Positions 8,059 through 14,840 of a DNA stretch of 52,547 bases are shown piece by piece. The notes under the pieces were generated by a model. The model worked only from the letters and a program-made list of their open reading frames with translations. It did no database searches and was not told the origin of the DNA. This DNA comes from Minisyncoccia bacterium. Lineage in GTDB: Bacteria; Patescibacteriota; Minisyncoccia; Phycocordibacterales; Zambryskibacteraceae. Numbering within the stretch: the stretch's first letter is position 1; the number at the start of each line of letters is the position of its first letter. The stretch spans positions 1 to 52,547 of the forward strand of contig JBBQUO010000001.1 in NCBI GenBank assembly GCA_038212375.1, given 5' to 3'. The translations under genes were made by a program, and so were the position numbers.

Positions 8059-9228
8059 TTATGCATCCTTCTGTGCAGGTTGGGGAATGATAATCCCCAG
8101 TCCGCCACTATTACCAGGAGCAAATGTGGTGACGGTTTTGTTGTTCTCATAGGCCTCGGCAGCCCGGATTGCTGCCGCTCCTGGCTCCCTTGCAATTGCC
8201 AGAGTTACTCGCTGAACGCGATCAGCAGAAACGTCGTTCTCAAGTGTACCGCGTGTTTTGTTCGCTTCTGCAAGAAGACGAATTGATTCCGCGATACCTT
8301 CCGCTTCGGTGATGGCAGCCTGCTTGCTCGCGGTAGCGACCTTAAGTCGTGCAGCTTGTTCGAGTTCAGTTTTCTTGGCGAGCTCGAGAAGTGCTCGGAG
8401 ACCCACTTCTTTCTTGTCAGGGTCTATCGAGAACAATGTTACTGATGTGATACAGAGACCGAGTTGTTCCTCTGCGGCAGTAGAGATATCTTTTACTTCT
8501 TTAACCAATTCAGCTTTCGCTTCTTTGGTTCCACTGAGGTAGTAATCGGGATCATGTGTGCCAGTAAGTGCGATTGTTTTCGCCTCTGACATTTCTGACA
8601 GAGTGGCGTTGCTATCTGCTACTCGCAGAATCGCCCTTACTGGGTAGATTCGTTCCCAAATGATGTTGTACTTTATGTCGAGAGCAAACGCGCCCTTGGT
8701 TTCAGCAGCATTTACTTCGACTGCCTGCTGACCTGAAAAGAAAACATACTCCGACTGAATTACTTGTGGGAATACATGATATCCTTCCTGATCTGCTACT
8801 TTCTGTTTTGATTTCCTTTTTTCTTTTCCGTCTTTTTCCTCAAGCTCCCCCGTGTCATCTGACTTCTTACTTTCAAGTCCGAAGCGAAATGACTTATCGA
8901 TGTTGAGACGAAGGTCACGGAAAGGACCTTTCCAATGTACTCCGTAAAGGAAATGGAGAAGACCACGGTTTTCTTTTCCATCCTCAAATTTCCAATCGTA
9001 GAAATTGTGGCTTTTTTTATTTAGCACCTTTCCTGGTACTTCGTGCTCAACATCCACAATACCACCACCACCTTTGTCGATGTCGGTTGACACGTTTTCT
9101 TTACTTACCAAGATGGCATACATGCCACCTGGTATGAAGAACCACCATGATGCGTTCCGCACTACGATCCCTACGATTGCCCAAAGGACAACAAGGGTAA
9201 TAGGCACGCCGAGCAAGTACCATAACAT
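8059..9228 (-). CDS. SPFH/band-7 (flotillin/prohibitin-like) domain membrane protein
   Basis: The start at 9228 is preceded by AGGAG at a 7-nt spacing. N-terminal TM helix. C-terminal A/E-rich coiled coil (LELAKKTELEQAARLKVATASKQAAITEAEGIAESIRLLAEA) typical of SPFH proteins, with a lysine/glutamate-rich insert. Confidence 0.5.
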   Translation of the reverse strand: MLWYLLGVPITLVVLWAIVGIVVRNASWWFFIPGGMYAILVSKENVSTDIDKGGGGIVDVEHEVPGKVLNKKSHNFYDWKFEDGKENRGLLHFLYGVHWKGPFRDLRLNIDKSFRFGLESKKSDDTGELEEKDGKEKRKSKQKVADQEGYHVFPQVIQSEYVFFSGQQAVEVNAAETKGAFALDIKYNIIWERIYPVRAILRVADSNATLSEMSEAKTIALTGTHDPDYYLSGTKEAKAELVKEVKDISTAAEEQLGLCITSVTLFSIDPDKKEVGLRALLELAKKTELEQAARLKVATASKQAAITEAEGIAESIRLLAEANKTRGTLENDVSADRVQRVTLAIAREPGAAAIRAAEAYENNKTVTTFAPGNSGGLGIIIPQPAQKDA

Positions 9229-9354
9229 AAGGTAACTCCTGTTTTTTAGAAGGATGACAAAGAAACAGTTCTGGGGCAATATTAGCACGTAAATATAGAA
9301 AAGTCAAGTTATAAGCTAGTTCAAAAAAGGGAAGTGTGATAGAGTATTTCTCAT

Positions 9355-9436
9355 GCCGAGGTGGCGGAATTGGTATACGCGCTAGTCTTAGGAACTAGTT
9401 CCGTAAGGATTAGGAGTTCGAGTCTCCTCCTCGGCA
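9355..9436 (+). tRNA. tRNA-Leu (anticodon TAG)
   Basis: Manual cloverleaf: GCCGAGG/CCTCGGC acceptor, CTAGT-CTTAGGA-ACTAG anticodon arm, 13-nt variable arm, AGGAG-TTCGAGT-CTCCT T-arm. CCA is not encoded. Confidence 0.9.
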
Positions 9437-9440
9437 CAAG

Positions 9441-9466
9441 AAAACTGGCTTAGGCCAGTTTTTTGT
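9441..9466 (+). terminator. Terminator after tRNA-Leu(TAG)
   Basis: aaaactggc / ttag / gccagtttt, followed by ttgtt. Confidence 0.7.
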
Positions 9467-9471
9467 TGCAT

Positions 9472-9860
9472 CGAGGAGGAGGCTCGAAGGGCGTAGGTAT
9501 ATCGCAGATAGTAATCTGCGATACCGAGCTGGGGTCGCGGAAATTTTCGAACGACGGCGAGAAAATTATCTGTGAACGAGACTCGTTAGATGCGCGAGGA
9601 GACTCGAAGACCTTGAATATATCGCACGGAACGGAGTGAGTACGATATGAAAGGTGTACAGAGTCTGTAAGTCTCGAGTCTCCAGACTCGAGACATCACA
9701 ACAGAAAAGGCCAAGAGTGAAAGCTCTTGGCCTTTTCTGTTGTGGTTGAGTGGGAGACTTGAAAGGCGCAGGTAATATCGCATATGGTAATGTGCGACGT
9801 CGAGCCAAGGTAGCAAAAATATGTGAGCGACGGCAAATATATTATTCGTGATCGAGTCTC
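9472..9860 (-). repeat. Three degenerate tRNA-sized repeat units (minus sense), each ending in a tRNA-Leu-like T-arm/acceptor segment
   Basis: Units at about 9472-9584, 9591-9649 and 9752-9860 align by eye. Shared blocks are GGAGaCTCGAAg, TATCGCA-hairpin-TGCGA and CGACGGC..ATTAT..GTGA.CGAGaCTC. 9472-9488 is the reverse complement of tRNA-Leu positions TTCGAGTCTCCTCCTCG with one change. Confidence 0.7.
9697..9744. other. 21-bp perfect hairpin (bidirectional terminator-like)
   Basis: cacaacagaaaaggccaagag / tgaaag / ctcttggccttttctgttgtg. Confidence 0.7.
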
Positions 9861-9866
9861 ATTACG

Positions 9867-9895
9867 TTGACAATTTAATATAATATCAGTATTGT
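9867..9895 (+). promoter_or_regulatory. Candidate sigma70-type promoter for the coiled-coil gene
   Basis: TTGACA (9867-9872), 17-nt spacer, TATTGT (9890-9895), about 45 nt upstream of the ATG at 9939. Confidence 0.35.
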
Positions 9896-9938
9896 AATTT
9901 TTGGCAGTTCATTCCATACCTTAAGTCCAGAGGAAATT

Positions 9939-10373
9939 ATGGCACCAGCTAAAAAGGGTACCCCCAAGCAAAGGAAGCTGCGATTTACAAAACTAAACTT
10001 TGACAGACTCGTCTACGAAGTAGAAGAACTGAAAGATGTTTTGAGTGACTTCCGATCTCACGGGATACATTCGCTAGGAGACATCATTGATTTAAAGGCC
10101 AAACTTACAAAGCTTCATGGTGATAAAGAAACTCAGTGGGAAGCTTGTAAAGCCGCTGAAGGTTTCCTAAAATTACAAATTACTGAGTTGAACATGGCTT
10201 TGGTTGATCGCCAGCAAAATGTGGATGCTCTCACTCGTGATTTGCATGACGCAGATTTGATTTTGTCTAGTTTGCGAAAGGAGCTCAACTCATCATTGGC
10301 TGAAGCTCAACAGTTGAGAGATCAACTCAATCAATCGAAGATAGCTATCGTAAGAATTTCAAGTCTTATATAA
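9939..10373 (+). CDS. Hypothetical coiled-coil protein with basic N-terminus
   Basis: 144 aa. N-terminus APAKKGTPKQRKLRF, followed by heptad-like L/E/K/Q-rich sequence. Has its own promoter candidate and terminator. Confidence 0.55.
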   Translation: MAPAKKGTPKQRKLRFTKLNFDRLVYEVEELKDVLSDFRSHGIHSLGDIIDLKAKLTKLHGDKETQWEACKAAEGFLKLQITELNMALVDRQQNVDALTRDLHDADLILSSLRKELNSSLAEAQQLRDQLNQSKIAIVRISSLI

Positions 10374-10407
10374 TTTTACACTCAAGTGGTGTAAAAAAAT
10401 AAGTTTC

Positions 10408-10438
10408 AAGTCCACATCGGAAGATGTGGACTTTTGTT
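10408..10438 (+). terminator. Rho-independent terminator
   Basis: aagtccacatc / ggaa / gatgtggactt, followed by ttgtt. Confidence 0.75.
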
Positions 10439-10474
10439 ATACAAAAAGCTCCTGCGGGTTTTCTTTGTGGTCAC

Positions 10475-10782
10475 AAGTATTTTTCTACTGAAAAATCTCG
10501 CGACCTCGACGCGCAGTATCAAAAAAATCTCCCGCCAGTTTGGTCGGTCACAAATAATTCAATTGTCGCCAGAATTGAATTTTCACGACCCCGACTTGTG
10601 GTTTTGTGTGCACGTGTGGTCAGGAGTTTTTTTCTTTTCGTCAAAAGAAAAATCTCACGACCCAATTGGGATCGGTCACGAATATTCCACGAACCGTCGT
10701 TCGTGGAATTTCTCGACCCCAGCTCGTCATTTCGCTTACTAGCGAAATATGACTGTGCTTTTCGATCCCAACACGTCGCAAA
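10475..10782 (+). repeat. Field of degenerate tRNA-like/short dispersed repeat units (plus sense), convergent with tRNA-Lys
   Basis: Recurring GAAAAWTYTCRCGACCCC-like blocks at about 10490, 10582, 10648 and 10706. 10475-10498 matches 19895-19918 (24 nt, 1 mismatch). 10544-10559 equals 25190-25205 (16 nt exact). 10761-10772 (TTCGATCCCAAC) equals the tRNA-Lys T-loop plus 3' T-stem on the opposite strand. Confidence 0.65.
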
Positions 10783-10843
10783 ACTGTTTGCGACTTGGGT
10801 GCACAAAATAAAAAAGACGGCCTTCAAGCCGCTTTTTATTTTG

Positions 10844-10916
10844 TGCACCCAGTTGGGATCGAACCAACGACCTTATCCTTAAGAGGGATCTGCTCTACCA
10901 GCTGAGCTATGGGTGC
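10844..10916 (-). tRNA. tRNA-Lys (anticodon CTT)
   Basis: The reverse complement folds as GCACCCA..TGGGTGC acceptor, GCTC/GAGC D-stem, CTCTTAA anticodon loop, and GTTGG-TTCGATC-CCAAC T-arm. 73 nt. Confidence 0.9.
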
Positions 10917-10968
10917 AAAGCAAAATTAACTATCAGATAGTAGCCAAATTTTCCTCTTCTTGCAACCC

Positions 10969-12008
10969 TTACGAAACTCTCGTACTCTTGCTGATTGTAA
11001 AATAAATTTCAAAAAGAGTAAGGAATAGATTCAATGTCAGTGGTCCGAGGAGAAAGCCAATCGGTCCAAAAAAGCTTATTCCGCCGAGTATCGAGAGCAA
11101 AATGAGAAATGAATGCAATCTTACATTTCTTCCAATAAGCTTAGGTCCGAGTACATTGTCGATAAGGCCGACAGCAAGCATTCCCCATACCAATAGGCCA
11201 AACGCAGAAGCAGCTTTCCCTACAACAAATAAATAAACAATAGCTGGCAAGATGACTAGAGAAGTTCCTACGCTCGGTACAAGGGCTGCAACTACAGTAA
11301 CAAGGCCCCATAGAACCGCGCTAGGCACTCCAAAGAAGAGAAAGCCAATCGATGTTAATATTCCTTGTACAAGTGCCACCGTGAGGTTTCCTCTGATAAT
11401 AGAATTTGTAGCTATTTCGAGCTTATCAAAAACTATGACGTCGTACACATCACTGAGGGGACTCAGTTCAATAATTTTGTTTTTAATCGTTTTACCGTCC
11501 TTTAAGAGATAATACAGTGCAAGGAGGAAGATAAAGGTATCGACGAGAATTTTGATTGCGTTCGTAAAGAGAGATCCGATGTTTTGAATAAATATATCGA
11601 GACCACTTTTGATGTATTGATCAATATTAACAACAGCACTTTCAGGGATATTGAGATTTACTTTGAGGTTTTTCAGTGCCTCCACTGCATGTCTAGAGAA
11701 CTCAGTTGAGTTACTTGGTGTCGCAAGTGATGTGTAGATTCCTGTAGCTTCTTGGAATATTTGTACTGAAATAAAAGTGAGTGGGATAATAAGGACTATA
11801 AATACCAATAATGTAGTAAGACTTGCTGAGAAAGCAGGACTATTATGAGTTTTTTTAGTATCCGTTTGTGAATGGGGTCAAGTGCAGTTGCAAACACAAC
11901 CGCAAGAAGAAGGGGATACAAAAAAGGTTGAAAAATAAAAACTATCAATCCAAAAATAGCAATGAGTAATGCAAGGAGAAAATATAATTCTGACTTTTGA
12001 TTTTGCAT
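10969..12008 (-). pseudogene. AI-2E family transporter (PerM/UPF0118) split by a -1 frame change at an A7 run
   Basis: ORF 11796-12008 (N-terminal TM1 and ALDPIHKRILKK) and ORF 10969-11808 (remaining TM segments, ..VLWGLVTVVAALVPSVG..GLIDNVLGPKLIG..) lie in different frames. Adding one A to the run at 11850-11856 gives a continuous ..ILKKTHNSPAFSASLTTLLVFIVLIIPL.. Confidence 0.7.
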
Positions 12009-12018
12009 TAGTTTTTTG

Positions 12019-12100
12019 TGGGCCAGGAGGGAGTCGAACCCTCATCCGCAAGGCGGACAACATTTTAAGTGTTGCGTGTATACCATTCCACCACTAGCCC
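12019..12100 (-). tRNA. tRNA-Leu (anticodon TAA)
   Basis: GGGCTAG/CTGGCCC acceptor (one G-U), CAACA-CTTAAAA-TGTTG anticodon arm, 14-nt variable arm, GAGGG-TTCGACT-CCCTC T-arm. Confidence 0.9.
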
Positions 12101-12124
12101 ATAATTTAAAAGTGGGATCGATCT

Positions 12125-12137
12125 TTCGATTCCCATC
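12125..12137 (+). repeat. Opposite-strand exact copy of the tRNA-Cys T-loop/3' T-stem, inside that tRNA's terminator hairpin
   Basis: TTCGATTCCCATC matches the tRNA-Cys sense sequence over 13 nt, 22 nt downstream of the tRNA 3' end. Confidence 0.8.
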
Positions 12138-12159
12138 GAAAAAACTACGTTTTTTCTAG

Positions 12160-12231
12160 AGGCGTGGATGGGAATCGAACCCATGAATAAAGCTTTTGCA
12201 GAGCTTCGCCTTACCACTTGGCCACCACGCC
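12160..12231 (-). tRNA. tRNA-Cys (anticodon GCA)
   Basis: GGCGTGG/CCACGCC acceptor, AAGCT-CTGCAAA-AGCTT anticodon arm, ATGGG-TTCGATT-CCCAT T-arm. 72 nt. Confidence 0.9.
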
Positions 12232-12393
12232 TTTATACTAATACACCATTTCTTTTTCAAACCGCTTCACTGTATCACCAAGTCAATCTTCGCGCGGTAT
12301 TCCTTTCGCTACGCTCATGCACTTGACTAGCACTCCTTTGTCTAAAATCTAACAACTGATTACTTTGAACTATCAGCCATCTCCTTGGTAATG

Positions 12394-12729
12394 CTAATCA
12401 TTATTAAGGAGAAAATCAATTTTTTGTCGGTTTTTTTCTCCTAAGTCTAGAGCAAAACTGAGCATTGGGATCCTTCCAATGCGAGATTTGTCTTGTACGT
12501 AGTGTTTAAAATCAAGTCTTTTTCGATTGAGAAAATCTTTTGCTGCAAGTTCCTGATTTTCTGGAAGTACCGTGTACAGAAGCATTGCACGCTTACTATC
12601 ACCAGAGAGTCTGCATCCGGTAATAGTGATAAGTGAAGTACGATTTGATTCGAGTGCAATAAAGTCTGCCGCAAGATGCGTAATAAGTTCAGGGAGCTTT
12701 TCTTTTCGGTAACTGATTGGTTTAGGCAT
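12394..12729 (-). CDS. rbfA: Ribosome-binding factor A
   Basis: 111 aa, immediately downstream of infB. RbfA-like pattern: ..ITITGCRLSGDSKRAMLLYTVL.. then ..RIPMLSFALD. Confidence 0.75.
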   Translation of the reverse strand: MPKPISYRKEKLPELITHLAADFIALESNRTSLITITGCRLSGDSKRAMLLYTVLPENQELAAKDFLNRKRLDFKHYVQDKSRIGRIPMLSFALDLGEKNRQKIDFLLNND

Positions 12730-12800
12730 GGAGTAAAAAATGAAGCTATGTCCGTTTGCACAATGCTGAACTTTAACACTTTTTCTGATATTTGTATAGA

Positions 12801-12848
12801 GTCCCTAGGTCTCACCTAGAACAGCTAACCTAGGTGAGACCTAGGGAC
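12801..12848. other. 19-bp perfect inverted repeat abutting the infB stop codon
   Basis: gtccctaggtctcacctag (12801-12819), a 10-nt loop, then ctaggtgagacctagggac (12830-12848). No T-run follows on the minus strand. Each arm carries two CCTAGG-type sub-palindromes. Confidence 0.8.
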
Positions 12849-14347
12849 TATTTTTGGGTGAGCGCAAAGCACTCGATTCTGTCACCAGGCGCTACTTCAA
12901 TTTTTGATTCGAGCATTGCACCGAACTCCTTTCCTTCATCGACACGGCCAATTTTTTCTTTTTGAATCTGAAGTTCACGGATTCTTCCTCGACCGATCTC
13001 AGCGTCACGGCGAATGATTTTTACTTGCTCACCAGAAACAATTTCACCTTCTTCAACTCGACCACCAATAACTTGTTTATCGCGAACTTTTGAAAAGAAT
13101 TTAAGAATTTTTGCTCTTCCGGTCGTTTCTTCTACTTCAACAGAAGGCGTTCTTTCTTTGAGAGCTACTTCGAGCCACTCTGTAATTTTGTAAATTATAT
13201 CAAATTTTTGCACTGGGATTCCAAGGCGTAATGCAAGGCTCTCTGCTTGTGGATCGATCTTGGTATGGAATCCAATAACAATTGGTCTCTCGTGACTCAT
13301 TGCTGCACGAATATCGTTTTCCGATATTGGACCAAGGCCTGACATCACCACTTTCGGCATCATGCGGTCATTTTCTAATTTTCCAATTTCGTAAATCAGT
13401 GCTTCGAGACTTCCTGATGTATCTGCTTTAATAACAATAGGAATAAGTGCCTGACCACTGCTTTGAATTTTCACCGGTTTTTCCTGTAATTTTGCTGTCT
13501 CGGTGTTTTCGAGTACCAGTGCGAGGGCTTCTTTTTTTGTTTTGACGCAAACAAATGCACTCCCAACCGTTGGGGGAATATCCCAGCCAATGATTCTTAT
13601 TGGACTTGAAAATGTAGCCTCATCAATTGGTTTCCCAAGAAAATTTTCTACAATACGAAGAGGGGAAATGCTCCCTCCACATACAGCAAATTCACCTTTG
13701 TGGAGTGTGCCGTTTTTTACAATACCTGATGCAGTAATACCTTTTTTTGTATCGAGGTTGCTTTCAATGATGATTCCAGATGCATCAGCGCCTGCGTCAC
13801 CAGTAAGCTCTTCAAGCTCAGCTGCGAGAAGGACAAGATCGAGGAGCTCAGAGACACCTTCGCCAGTTTTTGCCGAAATAGCTGCCCATGAAATGCTTCC
13901 TCCATATCCTTCGAGAAATATGTCGTTCTCTGCTAAATTTTGTTTTGTCCGATCAACACTTGCTCCTGGTTTATCTATTTTATTTATTGCTACAACGAAG
14001 GGAATAGAATCCTTTTGCAAAACTTTGAGCGCCTCAAGTGTTTGAGGTTTTACGCCGTCTTCTGCTGAGACTACGAGAATACCGAGATCTGCAACGCGTG
14101 CTCCTCGAGCGCGGATAGCACCAAAAGATTCATGTCCTGGTGTATCAAGAAATGTGATTGTGTGCTTCGCTCCATCTTTTGCATCATGGATTACTTCGTA
14201 CGCAGAAAGATGCTGAGTGATACCTCCTGCCTCTGTGTCCACGATATTTGTCTTGCGGATATAATCAAGAAGAGTCGATTTACCATGGTCGATATGACCC
14301 ATAATGGTAACTACAGGAGGTCTGGTGGTCTTAGGTATATCTTTCAT
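12848..14347 (-). CDS. infB: Translation initiation factor IF-2 (short form, no long N-terminal region)
   Basis: 499 aa with G-domain VVTIMGHIDHGKSTLLD, DTPGH and NKID, followed by IF-2 domains. Confidence 0.95.
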   Translation of the reverse strand: MKDIPKTTRPPVVTIMGHIDHGKSTLLDYIRKTNIVDTEAGGITQHLSAYEVIHDAKDGAKHTITFLDTPGHESFGAIRARGARVADLGILVVSAEDGVKPQTLEALKVLQKDSIPFVVAINKIDKPGASVDRTKQNLAENDIFLEGYGGSISWAAISAKTGEGVSELLDLVLLAAELEELTGDAGADASGIIIESNLDTKKGITASGIVKNGTLHKGEFAVCGGSISPLRIVENFLGKPIDEATFSSPIRIIGWDIPPTVGSAFVCVKTKKEALALVLENTETAKLQEKPVKIQSSGQALIPIVIKADTSGSLEALIYEIGKLENDRMMPKVVMSGLGPISENDIRAAMSHERPIVIGFHTKIDPQAESLALRLGIPVQKFDIIYKITEWLEVALKERTPSVEVEETTGRAKILKFFSKVRDKQVIGGRVEEGEIVSGEQVKIIRRDAEIGRGRIRELQIQKEKIGRVDEGKEFGAMLESKIEVAPGDRIECFALTQK

Positions 14348-14357
14348 GGAAGTGTAA

Positions 14358-14840
14358 TTATTTTGGAGTAGTAAGAGTTTGTTTTGCGTTTGCTACTGCT
14401 GTACGTTCCTCTTCGCTCATTTCAAATTCTGACTGAAATTTTTTGAGAGGTTTGCTGAAGATGCTGATATGTTCACGAGAGTAGAGGGATGAAATAACCA
14501 CGCCATCACCTTTTTCGTTCAAAAATGCAGTAGCAAAGCTTTGGTTTCCACCCGAGCCCGTTCCCTTGAAAGGATTGAAACGAATAGTTTCAACCACTTG
14601 GAGACTTCGTTTGATGCGAGCTTCGATGTTCTTGAGATATTCGATTGAATCTTTCTTAAACTGCTCATAATCTGCTAAGCCTCCCTTCATTGCAAGAAGA
14701 GAATCTTCTAGCGTCTCGCTACCTTTGCCCATGAGAAGTCTCTTCATTCTAATCTCAAGATACACGATCCATAAAGACAAAAGAATGATGAGTCCAAATA
14801 GGATATATACCATTAATTGAGTTGTAAAAAATTGAGTCAT
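14358..14840 (-). CDS. DUF4446 family membrane-anchored protein
   Basis: N-terminal TM helix. Central RFNPFKGTGSGGNQSFATAFLNEKGDGVVISSLYSRE matches the DUF4446 signature. Confidence 0.6.
   Translation of the reverse strand: MTQFFTTQLMVYILFGLIILLSLWIVYLEIRMKRLLMGKGSETLEDSLLAMKGGLADYEQFKKDSIEYLKNIEARIKRSLQVVETIRFNPFKGTGSGGNQSFATAFLNEKGDGVVISSLYSREHISIFSKPLKKFQSEFEMSEEERTAVANAKQTLTTPK

Noticed and set aside
9566-9816. ORFs 9566-9808 and 9586-9816 (minus strand)
   Set aside because: They run through the tRNA-like repeat units and long hairpins. The shared peptide SLRSVRY(A/I)Q with ORF 19830-20192 only reflects the nucleotide repeat. No RBS is present and the composition is junk-like.
9472-10800. 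Possibility that the repeat fields are a CRISPR array
   Set aside because: The units are about 60-110 nt, degenerate (roughly 70 percent similar by eye), irregularly spaced and occur in both orientations. There are no short identical direct repeats with unique spacers and no cas genes.
10424-10882. ORFs 10424-10882, 10434-10742 (plus strand) and 10519-10848 (minus strand)
   Set aside because: They cross the repeat field and read into or through the tRNA-Lys gene, so they are artefacts of a stop-poor repeat region.
9355-12231. A classical tRNA-targeting integrative island between or next to the tRNA genes
   Set aside because: No integrase, recombinase, excisionase or phage gene is present in the window. 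Most tRNA-end copies are inverted rather than direct, so the standard attL/attR model does not fit. This is kept as an unexplained pattern in the findings.
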